Positions 29,602 to 32,000 of a stretch of DNA of 32,000 nucleotides are shown piece after piece; positions within the stretch are counted from its first letter, which is position 1; the number at the start of each line of letters is the position of its first letter. The notes beneath the pieces were generated by a model that did no database searches, was not told the origin of the DNA, and was given only the letters and a program-made list of their open reading frames with translations. The translations under genes and the position numbers were made by a program. The stretch is from Neisseria sp. WLZKY-1 (GTDB lineage Bacteria > Pseudomonadota > Gammaproteobacteria > Burkholderiales > Neisseriaceae): assembly GCF_046546535.1 (NCBI RefSeq), contig NZ_JBKGTW010000009.1, positions 30,529-62,528 of the forward strand. The letters run 5' to 3'.

Positions 29602-30984
29602 ATGCTGCTCGATGCAAACCGTTACTCCCCCGCCGTTTTCTTTAAGGAAGCCAAAGCGCTGGCCGTGCTGGCCTGGCCGATGATGCTGGCGCAGATTGCG
29701 GCGGTGGGGCTAGGCTTTGTCGATACGGTGATGGCGGGCGGCGCAGGCAAGGAAGACCTGGCGGCGGTGGCGCTGGGCAGCTCGGCCTTTGCCACGGTGT
29801 TCATCACTTGGATGGGGGTGATGGCGGCGCTCAATCCGATTGTGTCGCAGCTCAACGGCGCAGGAAAATATGCCGAAGTCGGCGAAACGGGGCGGCAGGG
29901 TTTGTGGTTCGGCCTGTTTCTCGGGATGGCGGGCATGGCGTTGCTGCTGGCGGCGGTTCCGCCTTTTCTGGCCTATCTCGACCTGCCGCAGCGGGTGGAG
30001 AAAATGCTGGCGCAGTATATGTGGTTCACCGCGCCCGCGATGCCGGCGATGATGCTGCACCGCGCCCTGCACGCCTACACGTCGAGCCTGAACAAAACGC
30101 AGGCGCTGATGTGGATCAGTTGGGCGGCTCTGGCGCTGAATGTTCCGCTCAACTATATGTTTGTTTACGGGAAATTCGGCATGCCCGAATTGGGTGGCGC
30201 GGGCTGCGGGCTGGCGACGATGCTGGTTTGCTGGTTTCAGGCGGCGGCTTTGTGGCTTTATGTGAAAAAAGCGGATTATTTCCGCCGCTTCGGCATGGCG
30301 GGCGGCTTTTCCAAACCCGATTGGGCGGCGCAGAAACAGTTTTGGCAGCTGGGCTGGCCGTCGGGGCTGTCGTATTTTCTCGAAGCCAGCCTGTTTACCT
30401 TCATCATGTTCCTGATTGCCAAATTCGGTGAAGACTATGTGGCCGCGCAGCAGGTCGTGATCAGCCTGACGGGGATTATCTACATGATTCCGCAGGCTTT
30501 GGGCGCGGCGGTTACCGTGCGCGTCGGCTTTGCGCTTGGCAGGCGGCAGCGGCGCCGGGCGCGTTATATCTCGGGCGTCGGCATCGTGCTCGGACTGGGC
30601 TTGGCGCTGTGCACGATGAGTCTGCTGATGCTGCTGCGCGCGCCGCTGGCGTCGATGTACACCGACGATGCCGCCGTGCTGTCGCTGGCCGCTTCCGTGC
30701 TGCTGTTTGCCGCGCTGTTCCAACTTTTCGATTTCACCCAGTGCATTTCTTCCTACGCCCTGCGCGGCTACAAAATCACCAAAGCGCCGATGCTGGTGCA
30801 CGGCATCGCCTTCTGGGGCTTCGGCCTGCTGCCCGGCTGGCTGCTGGCCAATCTTGCCGATATGAAGATTTACGGCTTCTGGACGGCGCTGATCGTGTCG
30901 CTGGCCGCCGCCGCCGTGCTGTTGGTGTGGCTCTTGGAAAAACACAGCAAAAACCTGTCGAACGATAAAGGCCTGTTGCCATGA
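29602..30984 (+). CDS. norM: MATE family multidrug efflux transporter NorM
   Basis: The 460-aa product includes FVDTVMAGGAGKEDLAAVALGSSAFATV and FGEDYVAAQQV, closely resembling neisserial NorM. It overlaps murB by 4 nt. Confidence 0.9.
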   Translation: MLLDANRYSPAVFFKEAKALAVLAWPMMLAQIAAVGLGFVDTVMAGGAGKEDLAAVALGSSAFATVFITWMGVMAALNPIVSQLNGAGKYAEVGETGRQGLWFGLFLGMAGMALLLAAVPPFLAYLDLPQRVEKMLAQYMWFTAPAMPAMMLHRALHAYTSSLNKTQALMWISWAALALNVPLNYMFVYGKFGMPELGGAGCGLATMLVCWFQAAALWLYVKKADYFRRFGMAGGFSKPDWAAQKQFWQLGWPSGLSYFLEASLFTFIMFLIAKFGEDYVAAQQVVISLTGIIYMIPQALGAAVTVRVGFALGRRQRRRARYISGVGIVLGLGLALCTMSLLMLLRAPLASMYTDDAAVLSLAASVLLFAALFQLFDFTQCISSYALRGYKITKAPMLVHGIAFWGFGLLPGWLLANLADMKIYGFWTALIVSLAAAAVLLVWLLEKHSKNLSNDKGLLP

Positions 30985-32000
30985 ACATACTCGAAAACGT
31001 CGATTTGCGCCCCTTCAACACCTTCGGCCTGAACGCACGGGCGCGTTTTTTTGTCGAGCTGGACGATGCCGCCGCCCTGCCCGACGTGTGCGCCCTGCCC
31101 TGCTTTAACCGCGCCAAGGTGCTGTGGCTGGGTGGCGGCAGCAACATCCTGCTGCGCGGCGACTATCCCGGCCTAGTGGTGAAAATGGCGGCAAAAGGCA
31201 TCCGCGAAACCGCCCGTTCCGACGGCACCGTGCTTGTCGAAGCGCAGGCGGGCGAAATCTGGCACGACTTCGTGCGGCACACTGTCGCCCTCGGCCTGAA
31301 CGGGCTGGAAAACCTCAGCCTGATACCCGGCACGGTCGGCGCCGCGCCCGTGCAGAACATCGGCGCCTACGGCGTCGAAGTGAAAGACCTGATCCGCTCG
31401 GTGCGCTGTTTTGATCTCGACACCGGCCGCTTCGTCACGCTGGACAATGCGCAATGCCGCTTCGCCTACCGCGACAGCCTGTTCAAGCAGGAAGGCCGCG
31501 GCCGCTACGTCATTACCGCCGTCACCTTCGCCCTGTCCGAGCGCTTCGAGGCGAAAACGGGCTACGGTGATTTGGCCGCCGTGCTGGCGGAAATCTGCGG
31601 CGGCCGCCCTCCCTGTGCCGCCGACGTCGCCCAAGCCGTCTGCCGCATCCGCCGCGCCAAACTGCCCGACCCGCAGGTGCAGGGCAATGTCGGCAGCTTC
31701 TTCAAAAACCCCGTCGTTGTGGCAGAACGGGCCGGACGCCTTGCCGCCGCCTTCCCCGATATGCCGCGCTACCCGCAGGGCGACGGCTCGGTGAAACTGG
31801 CCGCCGGCTGGCTGATCGACCGCTGCGGCCTGAAAGGCCGCACCGTCGGCGGCGCGGCGGTGCACGATAAACAGGCGCTGGTGCTGGTGAACACCGGCCG
31901 CGCCACCGCAGCCGACGTTGCCGCCCTCGCCGACGAAGTGTGCGGACAGGTTCGGGAGCGTTTCGGCGTCGAATTGGAAGCCGAACCGGGCTGGGTTTGA
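30981..32000 (+). CDS. murB: UDP-N-acetylenolpyruvoylglucosamine reductase MurB
   Basis: The 339-aa product has an N-terminus MNILENVDLRPFNTFGLNARARFF and an FAD-binding-type domain. Its TGA stop is exactly at the window end. Confidence 0.9.
   Translation: MNILENVDLRPFNTFGLNARARFFVELDDAAALPDVCALPCFNRAKVLWLGGGSNILLRGDYPGLVVKMAAKGIRETARSDGTVLVEAQAGEIWHDFVRHTVALGLNGLENLSLIPGTVGAAPVQNIGAYGVEVKDLIRSVRCFDLDTGRFVTLDNAQCRFAYRDSLFKQEGRGRYVITAVTFALSERFEAKTGYGDLAAVLAEICGGRPPCAADVAQAVCRIRRAKLPDPQVQGNVGSFFKNPVVVAERAGRLAAAFPDMPRYPQGDGSVKLAAGWLIDRCGLKGRTVGGAAVHDKQALVLVNTGRATAADVAALADEVCGQVRERFGVELEAEPGWV

Noticed and set aside
1-32000. An attempt to see a GC-skew switch at dif by eye (plus strand G-rich to the left, C-rich to the right).
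   Set aside because: The local G/C excess tracks coding strand and protein type. Soluble-protein genes are C-rich on the coding strand and membrane-protein genes are G-rich. The impression is therefore confounded and needs a computed cumulative skew on the whole replicon.

Overview
This is a GC-rich Neisseriaceae-type chromosomal segment. A manual scan finds about 50 copies of the DNA uptake sequence GCCGTCTGAA/TTCAGACGGC, mostly in the extended AG form AGGCCGTCTGAA. Many occur as inverted pairs that form terminator-like hairpins. Core genes from left to right are recC(-), a cytochrome b561-family gene(+), a GNAT-like hypothetical(-), the nhaP2/cvrA K+/H+ antiporter(+), rep helicase(-), the rbbA ABC ATPase-permease fusion(-), gshA(-), a frameshifted leucine-rich-repeat gene(-), nadE(-), an AEC-family transporter(+), a DUF971 gene(+) and ubiE(+). 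After an insertion come glnD(+), norM(+) and murB(+). The insertion (18898..26511) is a visibly AT-rich ~7.6-kb filamentous (inovirus-like) prophage with no canonical DUS. Its minus-strand module reads Rep_trans-type initiator, ssDNA-binding-size protein, major coat, micro-ORFs, Gly/Ser-linker adsorption protein, pVI-like protein and Zot/pI-like ATPase. It is bounded by two directly repeated 28-bp dif-like sites (XerC arm, 6-bp spacer, XerD arm) and has no integrase, transposase or secretin. That makes it a likely Xer-exploiting element (IMEX), unlike the transposase-bearing Nf/MDA-type neisserial phages. Its plus-strand end holds two tandem paralogous small membrane proteins, an orphan 113-aa gene and an unusually dense set of ssDNA-type stem-loops. 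These include a ~293-nt near-perfect palindrome and two copies of a ~113-nt hairpin, and each structure is bracketed by the heptamer CCCACCC/GGGTGGG. The core genome also carries a 165-bp MITE-like element I do not recognise. It has three near-identical copies, one remnant and one TIR-only mini-palindrome, and two copies donate the stop codon of the adjacent gene. All product calls rest on my reading of the translated ORFs, and no database search was run.
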